Shown: positions 9,470 through 19,603 of the stretch, in pieces
How the letters are laid out: each line of letters begins with the position of its first letter
Position numbering within the stretch: position 1 is the first letter of the stretch
Assembly: GCA_045602425.1 (NCBI GenBank)
Contig: JAZSBO010000024.1
Coordinates: forward strand, 17,434 to 81,433
Length of the DNA: 64,000 bases
DNA from: Paludibacteraceae bacterium
GTDB taxonomy: Bacteria > Bacteroidota > Bacteroidia > Bacteroidales > Paludibacteraceae
Reading direction: 5' to 3'
Position numbers and translations under genes: made by a program
Notes under the pieces: generated by a model
The model's database searches: none
The model's input: only the letters and a program-made list of their open reading frames with translations
Told to the model about the DNA's origin: nothing

Positions 9470-10260
9470 AGCAATATTTAGAACTTTTACAACACGTTTT
9501 AGACAACGGAACTACAAAAGAAGACCGTACAGGCACAGGTACAAGAAGTATATTTGGTTACCAAATGCGATTTGATTTATCAAAAGGCTTCCCACTTTTA
9601 ACGACTAAAAAATTACATTTAAAGTCTATCATTTATGAACTATTATGGTTTTTAAAAGGTGACACAAACGTAAAATATTTACAAGATAATGGTGTTCGAA
9701 TTTGGAATGAATGGGCAGATGAGAACGGAGAATTAGGACCTGTCTATGGACATCAATGGCGTTCTTGGCCTGATTATAAAGGAGGAACTATCGATCAAAT
9801 TACAAACCTAATCAATCAAATAAAAAACAATCCCGATTCACGCAGATTGATTGTTAGTGCATGGAATGTTGCAGAAGTTGATAACATGGCGTTGCCTCCT
9901 TGTCATACATTATTCCAATTTTATGTTGTAAACAAAAAGTTATCATTGCAACTTTATCAACGTTCAGCAGATATATTTTTAGGTGTTCCTTTCAACATAG
10001 CATCTTATGCTCTATTGCTTATGATGGTAGCACAAGTTACGGGTTTAGAGGTTGGTGAATTTGTTCACACTTTTGGCGATGCTCATATTTATAGTAATCA
10101 TTTGGAACAAGTCAAAGAACAACTTACAAGAGCCCCTCGCTCTTTGCCAACAATGAAAATAAATACCAATGTGAGAAGCATCTTTGATTTCAAATTTGAA
10201 GATTTTCAATTGGAAAATTACAATCCACACCCACATATAAAAGGAGTTGTAGCAGTATAA
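9466..10260 (+). CDS. thyA: Thymidylate synthase
   Basis: 264 aa. [38 protein letters not shown], active-site PPCH, and [20 protein letters not shown]. Confidence 0.97.
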   Translation: MKQYLELLQHVLDNGTTKEDRTGTGTRSIFGYQMRFDLSKGFPLLTTKKLHLKSIIYELLWFLKGDTNVKYLQDNGVRIWNEWADENGELGPVYGHQWRSWPDYKGGTIDQITNLINQIKNNPDSRRLIVSAWNVAEVDNMALPPCHTLFQFYVVNKKLSLQLYQRSADIFLGVPFNIASYALLLMMVAQVTGLEVGEFVHTFGDAHIYSNHLEQVKEQLTRAPRSLPTMKINTNVRSIFDFKFEDFQLENYNPHPHIKGVVAV

Positions 10261-10268
10261 ATAATATT

Positions 10269-11627
10269 GTGATAGAAAATACTATTGAAAAAATTGGGAA
10301 CAAAGATGTAGCTTGGAGTATAATAGCAAACATCTTACGTATAGGATATGGAATATTATTATTCCCTCTTATATTACAAAAACTACCAAGCGAAGACGTA
10401 GCTTTTTGGACAATATTTTCAAGTATTACAGCTCTTATTTATTTGTTCGACTTTGGATTCTCTACTGCATTTTCTCGAAATGTTTCTTTTGTTTTTTCTG
10501 GAATCCAACAATTAAAAGAAGAAGGTTTTCACAATTCAGCAAAAGCAGGGGAAAAAATAAATTATTCGTTATTAAAAGGTGTTATTCACTCAATGAAATA
10601 TTTCTATCAACGAATAGCTCTTATTGTATTAATAGGTCTACTAACAATTGGGACATTCTACATTTTCACCCTACTTAAAACATATTCAGGCAACAAAATA
10701 GAAATTTATATTGCATGGTTTTTACTTTGTTTTATTTGTACTTTTAATATTTATACGCTTTACTACGAAGCTTTATTACAAGGGAAAGGATACATCAAAG
10801 CATCTAAACAATATGCAATTATTGGCAGTTTTCTTAACTTACTAATTGCTGTAATTTTCATACTTCTTGGATATGGGATTATTGCTATTGTTTTTGCACA
10901 AGTTTGTTCCATAGTCATAATCCGAGCACTATCTAAACATAAATTTTTTACTAAAGAGATCCAACTACATTTATCAGAAGTTGAAGCGACAAAAAAAGAA
11001 GAAACCTTAAAAAAAATCGCACCAAATGCCATTAAGATTGGTCTCACAAGCATTGGTGGATATGCCATCTTAAAATCGGCACTTTTTATTGGTTCTGTAT
11101 TTTTACCATTAAGCGAAATCGCATCTTATGGGATAACAATGCAAATAATTGCTATTGTTGACTCTATTGCAAAAAGTTATTACCAATCTTTCACCCCACA
11201 AATTTGCCAATTACGAGTAAACAAAAAACATAATGAAACAAAAAAATTATACATCAGAAGTTCCGTATTTTGTTTTTTTACATTTTTAATCATTGCTATC
11301 TGTACCATTTACGGAGGTGAATGGACATTGAGTATTATCAAAAGTAGCACAGAATTATTGCCAACAAGGATACTCATCTTTGCATTTCTGTTTGCTTGGC
11401 TCGAAGCTAATCATTCTATTGCAGGAGGATTTCTTCTTGCCAACAACGAAGTACCTTATTTTAAGGCCTCTCTTTTATCAGGAATATCTACTATTACTCT
11501 ACTTTTAATTCTATTCTATACACTTCCCGACTTTGGTATTTGGATAATGATACTTGTTCCTGGAATAGTACAACTTTGCTATCAGAATTGGCGTTGGCCT
11601 TATGTTTTATTAAAAAGTTTAAGATAA
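10269..11627 (+). CDS. Polysaccharide flippase (MOP/Wzx-like), GTG start
   Basis: 452 aa, about 12 hydrophobic segments. It sits directly upstream of glycosyltransferases. Confidence 0.6.
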   Translation: MIENTIEKIGNKDVAWSIIANILRIGYGILLFPLILQKLPSEDVAFWTIFSSITALIYLFDFGFSTAFSRNVSFVFSGIQQLKEEGFHNSAKAGEKINYSLLKGVIHSMKYFYQRIALIVLIGLLTIGTFYIFTLLKTYSGNKIEIYIAWFLLCFICTFNIYTLYYEALLQGKGYIKASKQYAIIGSFLNLLIAVIFILLGYGIIAIVFAQVCSIVIIRALSKHKFFTKEIQLHLSEVEATKKEETLKKIAPNAIKIGLTSIGGYAILKSALFIGSVFLPLSEIASYGITMQIIAIVDSIAKSYYQSFTPQICQLRVNKKHNETKKLYIRSSVFCFFTFLIIAICTIYGGEWTLSIIKSSTELLPTRILIFAFLFAWLEANHSIAGGFLLANNEVPYFKASLLSGISTITLLLILFYTLPDFGIWIMILVPGIVQLCYQNWRWPYVLLKSLR

Positions 11628-11632
11628 TCACT

Positions 11633-12616
11633 ATGAACACAAAGCCTAAAATAAGCATCATACTTCCTATTTTCAATGCAAAAAAACATATCGAAAAATG
11701 TATAGAAACATTATTAAATCAAACATTAAAAGAAATTGAAATCATAGCGATATTAGACTGTCCAACAGACGGAACAGAACAAATTATTTTTAATTATGCA
11801 GAAAAAGACAAACGTATCAGAGTCATTCAAAATACTCAAAATGTACATATAGGTGAATGTAGAAATATCGGCATCAGAGAAGCTCGAGGTGAGTATATTG
11901 GATTTTCTGATCACGATGACTTTAGAGAATTAACCATGTACGAAACGCTATACAATACAGCAAAAAATAATCTATCGGACATTGTATTTTCCCCTTGCCA
12001 ACATATAAATTCTGAAAACAACATTGCAAATCAGCATAAATCTTTCAATTTTTCAAGCTACAATAGTTTACAAGACTATTGTTTGTATGACCTAATTGGC
12101 AATGGGAATAACGAAAGAAAAGAATCTCTATTTATCAATATTCAAGGTTGCATCTATCGAAACGAAATGATTAAACAACACAATATTAAATTCGTAGATA
12201 CAAAAAAAATCACTCCGGAAGACGTTCTTTTTCAGATAGATACATTCTCAACAACCAGCAAAATAAATGTCATCAACAACGCTTTTTATTATCACGTTTC
12301 ACATTCTTCTAACGAGGGTTCAAAAAGCAGTTACAAAGACATACAAAAACGTTGTTTAGGATTAACGTATATCTATAACAATCTAAAAAACAGTTCATTA
12401 AAGGACTCTTTTTACATCAACGTACAAAAACAGTTTTTAGATTTTTTAGCACAAACATTAGTTCCCTTCCCTAACATTTTCAAATTCTTCAATTATAAGA
12501 AAATACTAAAAGGATTTCATTTTTGTACTCCTGCTTTTGAAAAGAAGCGACTGATTTATGAAAAAAAAGGACTAAAACTTTTATTTAGAAACTTCCTCTA
12601 TTTAAGTCTTCGATAA
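11633..12616 (+). CDS. Family 2 glycosyltransferase
   Basis: The track ORF 11540.. is over-extended. The likely start is MNTKPKISIILPIFNAKKHIEKCIETLLNQT at 11633. A DHDD (DxD) motif is present. Confidence 0.85.
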   Translation: MNTKPKISIILPIFNAKKHIEKCIETLLNQTLKEIEIIAILDCPTDGTEQIIFNYAEKDKRIRVIQNTQNVHIGECRNIGIREARGEYIGFSDHDDFRELTMYETLYNTAKNNLSDIVFSPCQHINSENNIANQHKSFNFSSYNSLQDYCLYDLIGNGNNERKESLFINIQGCIYRNEMIKQHNIKFVDTKKITPEDVLFQIDTFSTTSKINVINNAFYYHVSHSSNEGSKSSYKDIQKRCLGLTYIYNNLKNSSLKDSFYINVQKQFLDFLAQTLVPFPNIFKFFNYKKILKGFHFCTPAFEKKRLIYEKKGLKLLFRNFLYLSLR

Positions 12617-13757
12617 CGTGGTGATATATTTTAGATAATTGTTTTCCAACACAAGAGAATCGGAATTGTTCTGCTGATTGACTAATCTCATATCTATTAA
12701 AACGAAATTGATTTTCGAGTATCCAGTTCATTTTTTCCGTTAAGGAATCCTCATCAGCAAAAGGAACAATAATGCCACTCTTATCCGTAATAATTTCAGA
12801 AGCAATACCACAAGGTGTAGAAATCACAGGAATTCCACTTGCCAAGCTTTCCATTAAAACAACTCCTGAAGTTTCATAATTCGAGAATAAAACAAAAGCA
12901 TCGCTTTTGCACATCCATTTTGCAACATCGATAGGTGTTAGTTCCCCAAGAAAAAATATAGGAACATTTTGCGACTCTGCAAACGTTTTTATTGCTACAA
13001 AATCTACGCCTACACCTGCTATAACAAGCTCTATATCTTGCCGTTGCTGATATAATTTTACAAACGCACGAATAATTCCCTTTACATTTTTTGCCTTTTC
13101 ATCAAAACAAGAGACATGCAGAAATCTTTTTACAGATCGGTTTTCTCTATAAGTTTGTTGCCAGAAGAAATCTTCAATAGTATTATGAACTATCTGACAA
13201 TTTTTATTCTTTAGTTCAAACTTATCCAATGCTCTTTTCAGTAAATTCGAGACAGGCATAAAAAATACTGACTTTCTTACAATAAACTTTGTTAAATATT
13301 TATGTAAAAACGAAGTTGTTGAAAAATGCCCATGTTCAAAATAACGTGACCAATGTTCAGAAATAACATAAGGTGTACGATTGAACAATTTTACTAAATA
13401 AGCAAAAAATCCAACTCTTGTCAAAACATTGACATGAAGAAGTTGAGGGATAAATCCATTTCTTTTTATCTGTCGATATCCCTGAAACAATGCGTTAAAA
13501 TAACGTAAAGCTCTTAAGATTCGGAACTTCGAAAATGGATAATAAACAATCGTTTCCTGCAATGCATCATTATTCAATATTTCTATTTCAGCCCTTTTTA
13601 CAGAAGGATCTTCTTTTACAAACAAAACCTGCACTTCATTGTAGAGAGTAGCTGCTAAAGCATGTTTTTTTACAAACAAACCCTCCATTGCATCTAAACG
13701 ATTCGGATACCATCGAGAAACAAACAGAACTTTTATTTTTCTATTTTTTAAAAGCAT
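12585..13757 (-). CDS. Family 4 (GT-B, group 1) glycosyltransferase
   Basis: 390 aa. C-terminal ETSGVVLMESLASGIPVISTPCGIASEII motif. Confidence 0.85.
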   Translation of the reverse strand: MLLKNRKIKVLFVSRWYPNRLDAMEGLFVKKHALAATLYNEVQVLFVKEDPSVKRAEIEILNNDALQETIVYYPFSKFRILRALRYFNALFQGYRQIKRNGFIPQLLHVNVLTRVGFFAYLVKLFNRTPYVISEHWSRYFEHGHFSTTSFLHKYLTKFIVRKSVFFMPVSNLLKRALDKFELKNKNCQIVHNTIEDFFWQQTYRENRSVKRFLHVSCFDEKAKNVKGIIRAFVKLYQQRQDIELVIAGVGVDFVAIKTFAESQNVPIFFLGELTPIDVAKWMCKSDAFVLFSNYETSGVVLMESLASGIPVISTPCGIASEIITDKSGIIVPFADEDSLTEKMNWILENQFRFNRYEISQSAEQFRFSCVGKQLSKIYHHVIEDLNRGSF

Positions 13758-14628
13758 TCAACTTTAAAAGAGATACTAAAAATCCTTTTTCAACACGATA
13801 ATAATCTACTTTTTCGGCACCAAAACTTCTATAAAATCGTGCAATTCCATCAACTTTTGAACCTTCAAAATCAAGCAAAAGTTTGTTTCCTGCATATTTT
13901 TTTATAAGATAATTAACCAAATGATACATTGCAAAATTGACCTTTCCTCGATCTGTTGAAGCTGCAATATGATAGATTATTCTATACGAAGACTTTAAAA
14001 GAAAACAAGCCGCAAGCAATTCTCCATCAATGGTAATAATACCAACAATTTGTCCAATATCATTTTTTATTGCGTCATTAATTATTTTTTCTGCTACAAG
14101 TCGAAATTTTGGTCTCCAAAAAGACTGTTTTTCACATAAATCCAAAAAATCAGTAACTAAAACTTGCTCGTTAATCGTAAATTCTAGTTCTATTTTCTTT
14201 TTTAAATTTCGCTTTGTATTAGTAGAAAATTTTTCAAATAACGTTTCATAATCATCAAAAAGATTCAACACGTGATTCGGACACACAATTCCTCGCTCAA
14301 AATAATTTCTCTCATTTAGATTAATTAAAATATTTCTACAAGGAATAGCTTTTATGAACAAATTCACAATATCCAAAGTCACTTCTTTTTCCGAAAAAAT
14401 GCCTAACTGTTGTGTAAAAAACGGTTGAGCAATATACCTTAATCCCCATTTTCTCTTTATAGGCAAAGGCATAACATAATCGTAATCGCCCCAAACAAGA
14501 GCACTCCAACAAGGCGATACTGTATCTAAAAACCATGAATAAGCATACGGCATCTCATTTTTCGACTTTGCAATACACTTATCCCAAGCTATGCGATCAA
14601 TATCCTTATTTTCTAGTAATTGTATCAT
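13741..14628 (-). CDS. FemAB/Acetyltransf_6-like (GNAT-fold) protein
   Basis: 295 aa. C-terminal LLLDFEGSKVDGIARFYRSFGAEKVDYY resembles BioF2-like/FemAB-type acetyltransferase domains. There is a 17-nt overlap with the GT4 gene. Confidence 0.45.
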   Translation of the reverse strand: MIQLLENKDIDRIAWDKCIAKSKNEMPYAYSWFLDTVSPCWSALVWGDYDYVMPLPIKRKWGLRYIAQPFFTQQLGIFSEKEVTLDIVNLFIKAIPCRNILINLNERNYFERGIVCPNHVLNLFDDYETLFEKFSTNTKRNLKKKIELEFTINEQVLVTDFLDLCEKQSFWRPKFRLVAEKIINDAIKNDIGQIVGIITIDGELLAACFLLKSSYRIIYHIAASTDRGKVNFAMYHLVNYLIKKYAGNKLLLDFEGSKVDGIARFYRSFGAEKVDYYRVEKGFLVSLLKLNAFKK

Positions 14629-14671
14629 TATTTATATAACGCAAATTACTCTATTTTATTGTTAAACAACA

Positions 14672-14705
14672 AGAAAAAACTCCACAACTTATAACGTTAT
14701 GGAGC
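14672..14705 (-). terminator. Rho-independent terminator of ppdK
   Basis: Stem 14680-14688 pairs with 14696-14704 (one G-U). The plus-strand A-run at 14673-14679 is a U-run on the minus strand. Confidence 0.55.
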
Positions 14706-14734
14706 TTTTCCCTTTTTATTGTTTAACCTTAATT

Positions 14735-17455
14735 TTATTCAACAGCAGCTTGTGCAGCAGCCAAACGTGCGATAGGCACACGGAATGGAGAGCAAGAGAC
14801 ATAGTTCAAGCCAACTTTGTGGCAGAACTTCACTGATGAAGGTTCACCTCCATGTTCTCCACAAATACCGCATTTCAATTCTGGACGTACTGAACGACCT
14901 TTGTCTACTGCCATCTCTACCAACTGACCTACACCGTTTTGGTCAAGCACTTGGAATGGGTCAACTTTCAAGATTTTCTTTTCAAGATATACAGGCAAGA
15001 AGCTAGCAATATCGTCACGAGAATATCCAAATGTCATTTGAGTCAAGTCGTTTGTACCGAATGAGAAGTATTCTGCACGACTAGCAATACGATCTGCAGT
15101 AAGAGCAGCACGTGGAATTTCAATCATTGTACCCACTTTGAATTCTACTTCTACACCTTCTTCAGCGAAGAGAGCAGCAGCAGTTTCGCGAATAACTTTT
15201 TCTTGAGCTTCAAATTCGTACAAAATACCTGTCAAAGGCACCATGATTTCTGGATGAGGATCGCCACCTTCCTTCTTCAACTGGATAGCAGCACCCAAGA
15301 TAGCGCGTGTCTGCATTTCAGTGATTTCTGGATAAGTGTTACCCAAACGGCAACCACGATGACCAAGCATTGGGTTTGCTTCGCAAAGGCTATCAACACG
15401 TTGACGGATGTATTCAACTGTTACACCCATTGCTTTTGCCATTTCTTCTTGACCTTTCAAATCATGTGGTACGAATTCATGCAAAGGAGGATCGAGCAAA
15501 CGAACGTTTACTGGGCATCCGTCCATAGCTTTGAAAATGCCATAGAAGTCAGCTTTTTGGTATGGTAACAATTTTGCCAATGCTTTTTTGCGTCCTTCTG
15601 CATCTTGCGAAAGAATCATTTCGCGCATAGCAACGATTTTTTCTGCTTCGAAGAACATGTGTTCTGTACGGCAAAGACCAATACCTACAGCACCGAAGTC
15701 GCGAGCAACCTTAGCATCGTGTGGAGTATCAGCGTTGGTACGAACCACCAATTTGGTATATTTTTCGCAAAGTGCCATCAAGTCAGCAAAGTCACCCGAC
15801 ACTTCTGCAGCTTTTGTTTCAACTTGTCCATTGTAGATTTCGCCAGTTGTACCGTTCAACGAAATGAAGTCACCTTCTTTCAAGAACACACCATCAACCT
15901 CTACTGTACGAGCTTTGTAATCGATGTTCAAAGCACCTGCACCTGATACGCAGCATTTACCCATACCACGGGCAACTACAGCAGCGTGCGAAGTCATACC
16001 ACCACGAGCAGTAAGGATACCTTCAGCAACAGCCATACCTGCCAAGTCTTCAGGCGAAGTTTCTATACGAACCATAATCACTTTTTTACCATCTTCTGCC
16101 CATTTTGCAGCATCGTCGGCAAAGAAAACGATTTGACCACAAGCAGCACCTGGCGATGCAGGAAGACCACGAGTCAATACTTTGGCCGAAGCCAATGCTT
16201 TTTTATCGAACACTGGGTGAAGAAGTTCGTCAAGTTTGTTTGGTTCACAACGTTGCAATGCTGTTTTTTCGTCAATCATACCTTGACGAAGGAGATCCAT
16301 AGCGATTTTCACCATAGCAGCTCCAGTACGTTTTCCGTTACGAGTTTGCAAGAACCAAAGTTTACCTTCTTGTACGGTAAATTCCATATCTTGCATATCA
16401 CGATAGTGATTTTCAAGTTTTGTTTGAAGAGCATCAAGTTCTGCATAAATTTCAGGCATTGCTTCTTCCATTGAAGGATATTTAGCCAAACGTTCTTCTT
16501 CTGAAATTCCAGCACGCTCTGCCCAACGTTGCGAACCGATTTTAGTGATTTGTTGAGGAGTACGAATACCAGCCACAACGTCTTCACCTTGAGCATTGAT
16601 CAAATATTCACCATTGAACAAGTCTTCGCCGTTACCAGCATCGCGAGAGAAGCAAACGCCAGTTGCCGAAGTATCGCCCATGTTACCGAACACCATTGCT
16701 TGAACGTTAACAGCTGTACCCCATTCCGCTGGTATTCCTTCCATTTTTCTGTAAAGAATAGCACGTTCGTTCATCCAGCTATCAAATACAGCACAGATAG
16801 CGCCCCAAAGTTGTTCATAGGCACTTGTTGGGAAATCTTTTCCTGTTTGAGCTTTAACAGCTGCTTTGAACTTAGCAACCAACTCTTTCAAATCTTCAAC
16901 TTCCAACTCGTTGTCGAGTTTTACACCTTTAGCTTCTTTTACTTCTTCGATGATAGCTTCAAATGGATCGATGTCTTCTTTGTTTACAGGCTTCATACCC
17001 AACACCACATCACCATACATTTGAACGAAACGACGGTAAGAGTCCCAAGCAAAGCGTGGACGACCAGTTTTGCGAATCAAACCTTCTACTACTTCATCAT
17101 TCAAGCCAAGGTTCAAAATTGTATCCATCATACCTGGCATCGAAGCACGTGCACCCGAACGAACCGAAACCAACAATGGATTTTCTACATCGCCAAATTT
17201 AGAATTCATCAACTTTTCGATGTTAGCAACGGCTGCCATCACATCGTCTTTCAAAAGTTCTACAACTTTATCTTTTCCGACTTCGAAATACTCGGTACAA
17301 ACATCTGTTGTAATTGTAAAACCTGGAGGAACTGGCACTCCGATAAGATTCATTTCGGCCAAGTTAGCTCCCTTACCACCAAGCAGATTTCTCATATCTG
17401 CCTTACCTTCGGCTTGTCCGTTGCCGAACGTGTAAACTCGTTTTTTGTTGTCCAT
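14735..17455 (-). CDS. ppdK: Pyruvate, phosphate dikinase
   Basis: Likely start MDNKKRVYTFG (M12 of the track ORF). LGGKGANLAEM, catalytic-His region TARGGMTSHAAVVARGMG, and C-terminal GLNYVSCSPFRVPIARLAAAQA. Confidence 0.95.
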   Translation of the reverse strand: MDNKKRVYTFGNGQAEGKADMRNLLGGKGANLAEMNLIGVPVPPGFTITTDVCTEYFEVGKDKVVELLKDDVMAAVANIEKLMNSKFGDVENPLLVSVRSGARASMPGMMDTILNLGLNDEVVEGLIRKTGRPRFAWDSYRRFVQMYGDVVLGMKPVNKEDIDPFEAIIEEVKEAKGVKLDNELEVEDLKELVAKFKAAVKAQTGKDFPTSAYEQLWGAICAVFDSWMNERAILYRKMEGIPAEWGTAVNVQAMVFGNMGDTSATGVCFSRDAGNGEDLFNGEYLINAQGEDVVAGIRTPQQITKIGSQRWAERAGISEEERLAKYPSMEEAMPEIYAELDALQTKLENHYRDMQDMEFTVQEGKLWFLQTRNGKRTGAAMVKIAMDLLRQGMIDEKTALQRCEPNKLDELLHPVFDKKALASAKVLTRGLPASPGAACGQIVFFADDAAKWAEDGKKVIMVRIETSPEDLAGMAVAEGILTARGGMTSHAAVVARGMGKCCVSGAGALNIDYKARTVEVDGVFLKEGDFISLNGTTGEIYNGQVETKAAEVSGDFADLMALCEKYTKLVVRTNADTPHDAKVARDFGAVGIGLCRTEHMFFEAEKIVAMREMILSQDAEGRKKALAKLLPYQKADFYGIFKAMDGCPVNVRLLDPPLHEFVPHDLKGQEEMAKAMGVTVEYIRQRVDSLCEANPMLGHRGCRLGNTYPEITEMQTRAILGAAIQLKKEGGDPHPEIMVPLTGILYEFEAQEKVIRETAAALFAEEGVEVEFKVGTMIEIPRAALTADRIASRAEYFSFGTNDLTQMTFGYSRDDIASFLPVYLEKKILKVDPFQVLDQNGVGQLVEMAVDKGRSVRPELKCGICGEHGGEPSSVKFCHKVGLNYVSCSPFRVPIARLAAAQAAVE

Positions 17456-17500
17456 AAATGTATTGTTAAATAATATTTTAATTTCCAATTAATAATTCTG

Positions 17501-17508
17501 CAAAATTA
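17501..17508 (-). promoter_or_regulatory. -7 promoter motif TAATTTTG
   Basis: The plus strand reads caaaatta. It lies 46 nt upstream of the ppdK start. Confidence 0.35.
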
Positions 17509-17580
17509 TACATTTTCAGCAAAATACAAAAGATTTTATTTTGCAAAAACAAATACTATTAAATAATAAAAAAAGAGGTA

Positions 17581-17611
17581 TAAAAAAGGAGTAAAAATTA
17601 ATCTTTACTCC
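17581..17611 (-). terminator. Rho-independent terminator overlapping the stop codon of the 140-aa gene
   Basis: Stem ggagtaaa (17588-17595) pairs with tttactcc (17604-17611). The plus-strand A-run at 17582-17587 is a U-run on the minus strand. Confidence 0.5.
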
Positions 17612-18027
17612 ACTTTTACGAATGAATAACAATTGCCAAAATCGTCTTCGAAAACAAGCGTCTGAAGGTCGAGCTGGGTGAGGCGATAGGTTTTGGGAAT
17701 CGTTCCGTTTAGCTCCATATTGTGCAGATGAGTAAATCGAGAATGATCCAATTGCCACTCGAAAATGGGAGCTTCTTCCTCAAGAATATCATCGGCACTA
17801 TCCCACGTGCGACCAACACCATCGTAGTCGAAGCGATAGAACACCGACCCCGACTGCCAGAGTCCAATGAGCAAATCGGTATCATACTCCACATCTTCGA
17901 AAACTTCGGGTTCAAGCATTTCAGGGTCGTATACGTGCAACTGATAATTGTAGTACCAATATCCGCCAACGGCAAGAGCCACCACACCAAAAACAACAGA
18001 AACGGCAACAATGATTTTCTTTCTCAT
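17605..18027 (-). CDS. Small membrane-anchored protein of unknown function
   Basis: 140 aa. One N-terminal TM segment (IIVAVSVVFGVVALAVGGYWYY). It lies 7 nt downstream of the preceding gene. Confidence 0.5.
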   Translation of the reverse strand: MRKKIIVAVSVVFGVVALAVGGYWYYNYQLHVYDPEMLEPEVFEDVEYDTDLLIGLWQSGSVFYRFDYDGVGRTWDSADDILEEEAPIFEWQLDHSRFTHLHNMELNGTIPKTYRLTQLDLQTLVFEDDFGNCYSFVKVE

Positions 18028-18034
18028 AACAGCG

Positions 18035-19597
18035 TCATTTTTTTCTCAGATTTATCACTTTGGGCGTTTTGCCTTTGAATTGCGGCATAGTCATTCCTAT
18101 CGAAGCGTTGATGTAGGTAGGATCGCAAACGTAGTATTTTTTACCAGCAAAGGGAAAAACATCGCCTTTCAGCGTAACGTTGTCGCCTAAGCAAACGGCC
18201 GTAGCCACGTGTCCTTCGTACTGAAGTCCAATAACATCGGCTCCTGCATAAGTTTTCACGAGCCACGCAAAGAGTGCCGAGCGGTCTTCGCAATCGCTGT
18301 ACGAATAGCCCAACACCTCTTCGGGGTAGAAATATTTTTCGTAACCAAACTGCTCTTCGTCAGTTTTGTAGGCAAAAGCTGTTTGCACAAAATTCAGCAA
18401 GATGGAAACAATTTGTTGCTTGCTATACTTCGACTTCAATGCGCCGAACTTTGCATTCAGCGTTTGCTGAGCTTCGAGCGAAATGGGAGAAACGAAATAG
18501 ATGGGGAAAACCGTCATTGGCACATCGTTAAGAAAGGCAAGATGAGCCGTATTGTACGGAAGAGCGATTTCCGAATTGAGTTTTTTGATTTTCAGCGTGC
18601 GATGGCGGTTGCATTTGCCGATGTTGAGCGTACGGTCGAAGTCGAGACGCATTTGTTTCAGTACCGACTCCTGCTCGCAAAAATCGTACGAATAGATGCT
18701 CTCTTTGGCTGTGCCACCACCATAAACGGTGTAATACTTCACCGGTCGATTGTTTTCTTTGAACGTGAAATAGATGTACGAATAGACCTCTTTTTTGTTG
18801 TCAAGTGCCAACAGCAAAGTAAGTTTGCCCGACGACTGACCTCGTGCCAACTTCGCTTTGTAGCCGCCCTCGTTGCGAAGCATATAGAAGCAAAAAAGCA
18901 CCCGATCGTTGACGTTACTCAATGCTGCCTCGGCTACCATTCGTAGTAGGCAAAACCGCCCCCACTCGTTCAGCCCAAAAGCCACCGATTGCTTTTCGAT
19001 GGCTTGCCAAAGTACCTCGGTTTCGGCAGTGAGTTTCGATATGCTTCTGAAGTAGAGTGCCGCATCCTGCTCTTTGGCTCCACGCGAAGCGATTTTCAGT
19101 TTCGGGCTGAAAGGCAACGCCACACGTGTGCCGTAGAAATCGAGCAACACCTGCGAGCCCTGCACCACACCACGCTTCGATGCACTTGGTGCAACGCACT
19201 TCTGCACAGCACCTTTCTGCGAAAGCGAAGTTTGCACCGCATAACTCCCAGCCGTAGCCGTGGCGTGCGTAATAGGTTGCTGCGTTTCGCTGAAATTGAT
19301 GAAAACCTCCGGCTCTTGCGTATTAGGTGCTACGGGAGCTTTAGAGAGTTTTGGCGAAGAGATGGCCAAACTCTGCAACCGAAAATCCTCGAACAACTGC
19401 CACTGACGCTCTACAAATGCCGAAAACTCCTCGTTTTGCTTGGCAGAGAAAGCCTTAAACTCTGACTCTTTTTCCGCCACAAACGCATCGAAACGTTCTT
19501 GCATCTGACTAAAATGTTCGTCAAACGATCTGTTTTGCGAAAAAACGAAAAACGTTTCGCAAAGAAATACTGCTATAAAAAAATCCCGTCTCATCAA
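18035..19597 (-). CDS. Secreted protein with C-terminal transglutaminase-like (Cys-His-Asp) core
   Basis: 520 aa. Signal peptide. N-terminal helical region with repeated EF.AF units. The C-terminus has YSDCEDRSALFAWLVKTYAGADVIGLQYEGHVATAVCL...YYVCDPTY, matching the C...H...D order of transglutaminase-like cysteine peptidase cores. Confidence 0.5.
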   Translation of the reverse strand: MMRRDFFIAVFLCETFFVFSQNRSFDEHFSQMQERFDAFVAEKESEFKAFSAKQNEEFSAFVERQWQLFEDFRLQSLAISSPKLSKAPVAPNTQEPEVFINFSETQQPITHATATAGSYAVQTSLSQKGAVQKCVAPSASKRGVVQGSQVLLDFYGTRVALPFSPKLKIASRGAKEQDAALYFRSISKLTAETEVLWQAIEKQSVAFGLNEWGRFCLLRMVAEAALSNVNDRVLFCFYMLRNEGGYKAKLARGQSSGKLTLLLALDNKKEVYSYIYFTFKENNRPVKYYTVYGGGTAKESIYSYDFCEQESVLKQMRLDFDRTLNIGKCNRHRTLKIKKLNSEIALPYNTAHLAFLNDVPMTVFPIYFVSPISLEAQQTLNAKFGALKSKYSKQQIVSILLNFVQTAFAYKTDEEQFGYEKYFYPEEVLGYSYSDCEDRSALFAWLVKTYAGADVIGLQYEGHVATAVCLGDNVTLKGDVFPFAGKKYYVCDPTYINASIGMTMPQFKGKTPKVINLRKK

Positions 19598-19603
19598 TTA
19601 ACA

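Noticed and set aside
11540-11632. Several track ORFs have upstream-extended starts (11540, 17488, 40276, 50053, 50378 and 58480).
   Set aside because: The extensions overlap the preceding gene or promoter motifs and lack homology-like sequence. Internal ATGs give canonical N-termini: MNTKPKISIILP, MDNKKRVY, MQKFGLIG, MKQKGNIG, MEQIG and MKKIISIV.
14785-17473. There are many plus-strand ORFs of up to 314 aa inside the ppdK region (for example 16529-17473 and 15986-16474).
   Set aside because: They lie antisense to, or out of frame with, an unmistakable 906-aa PPDK gene. Their products are low-complexity or odd in composition. Long antisense ORFs are expected in GC-richer, codon-biased genes.
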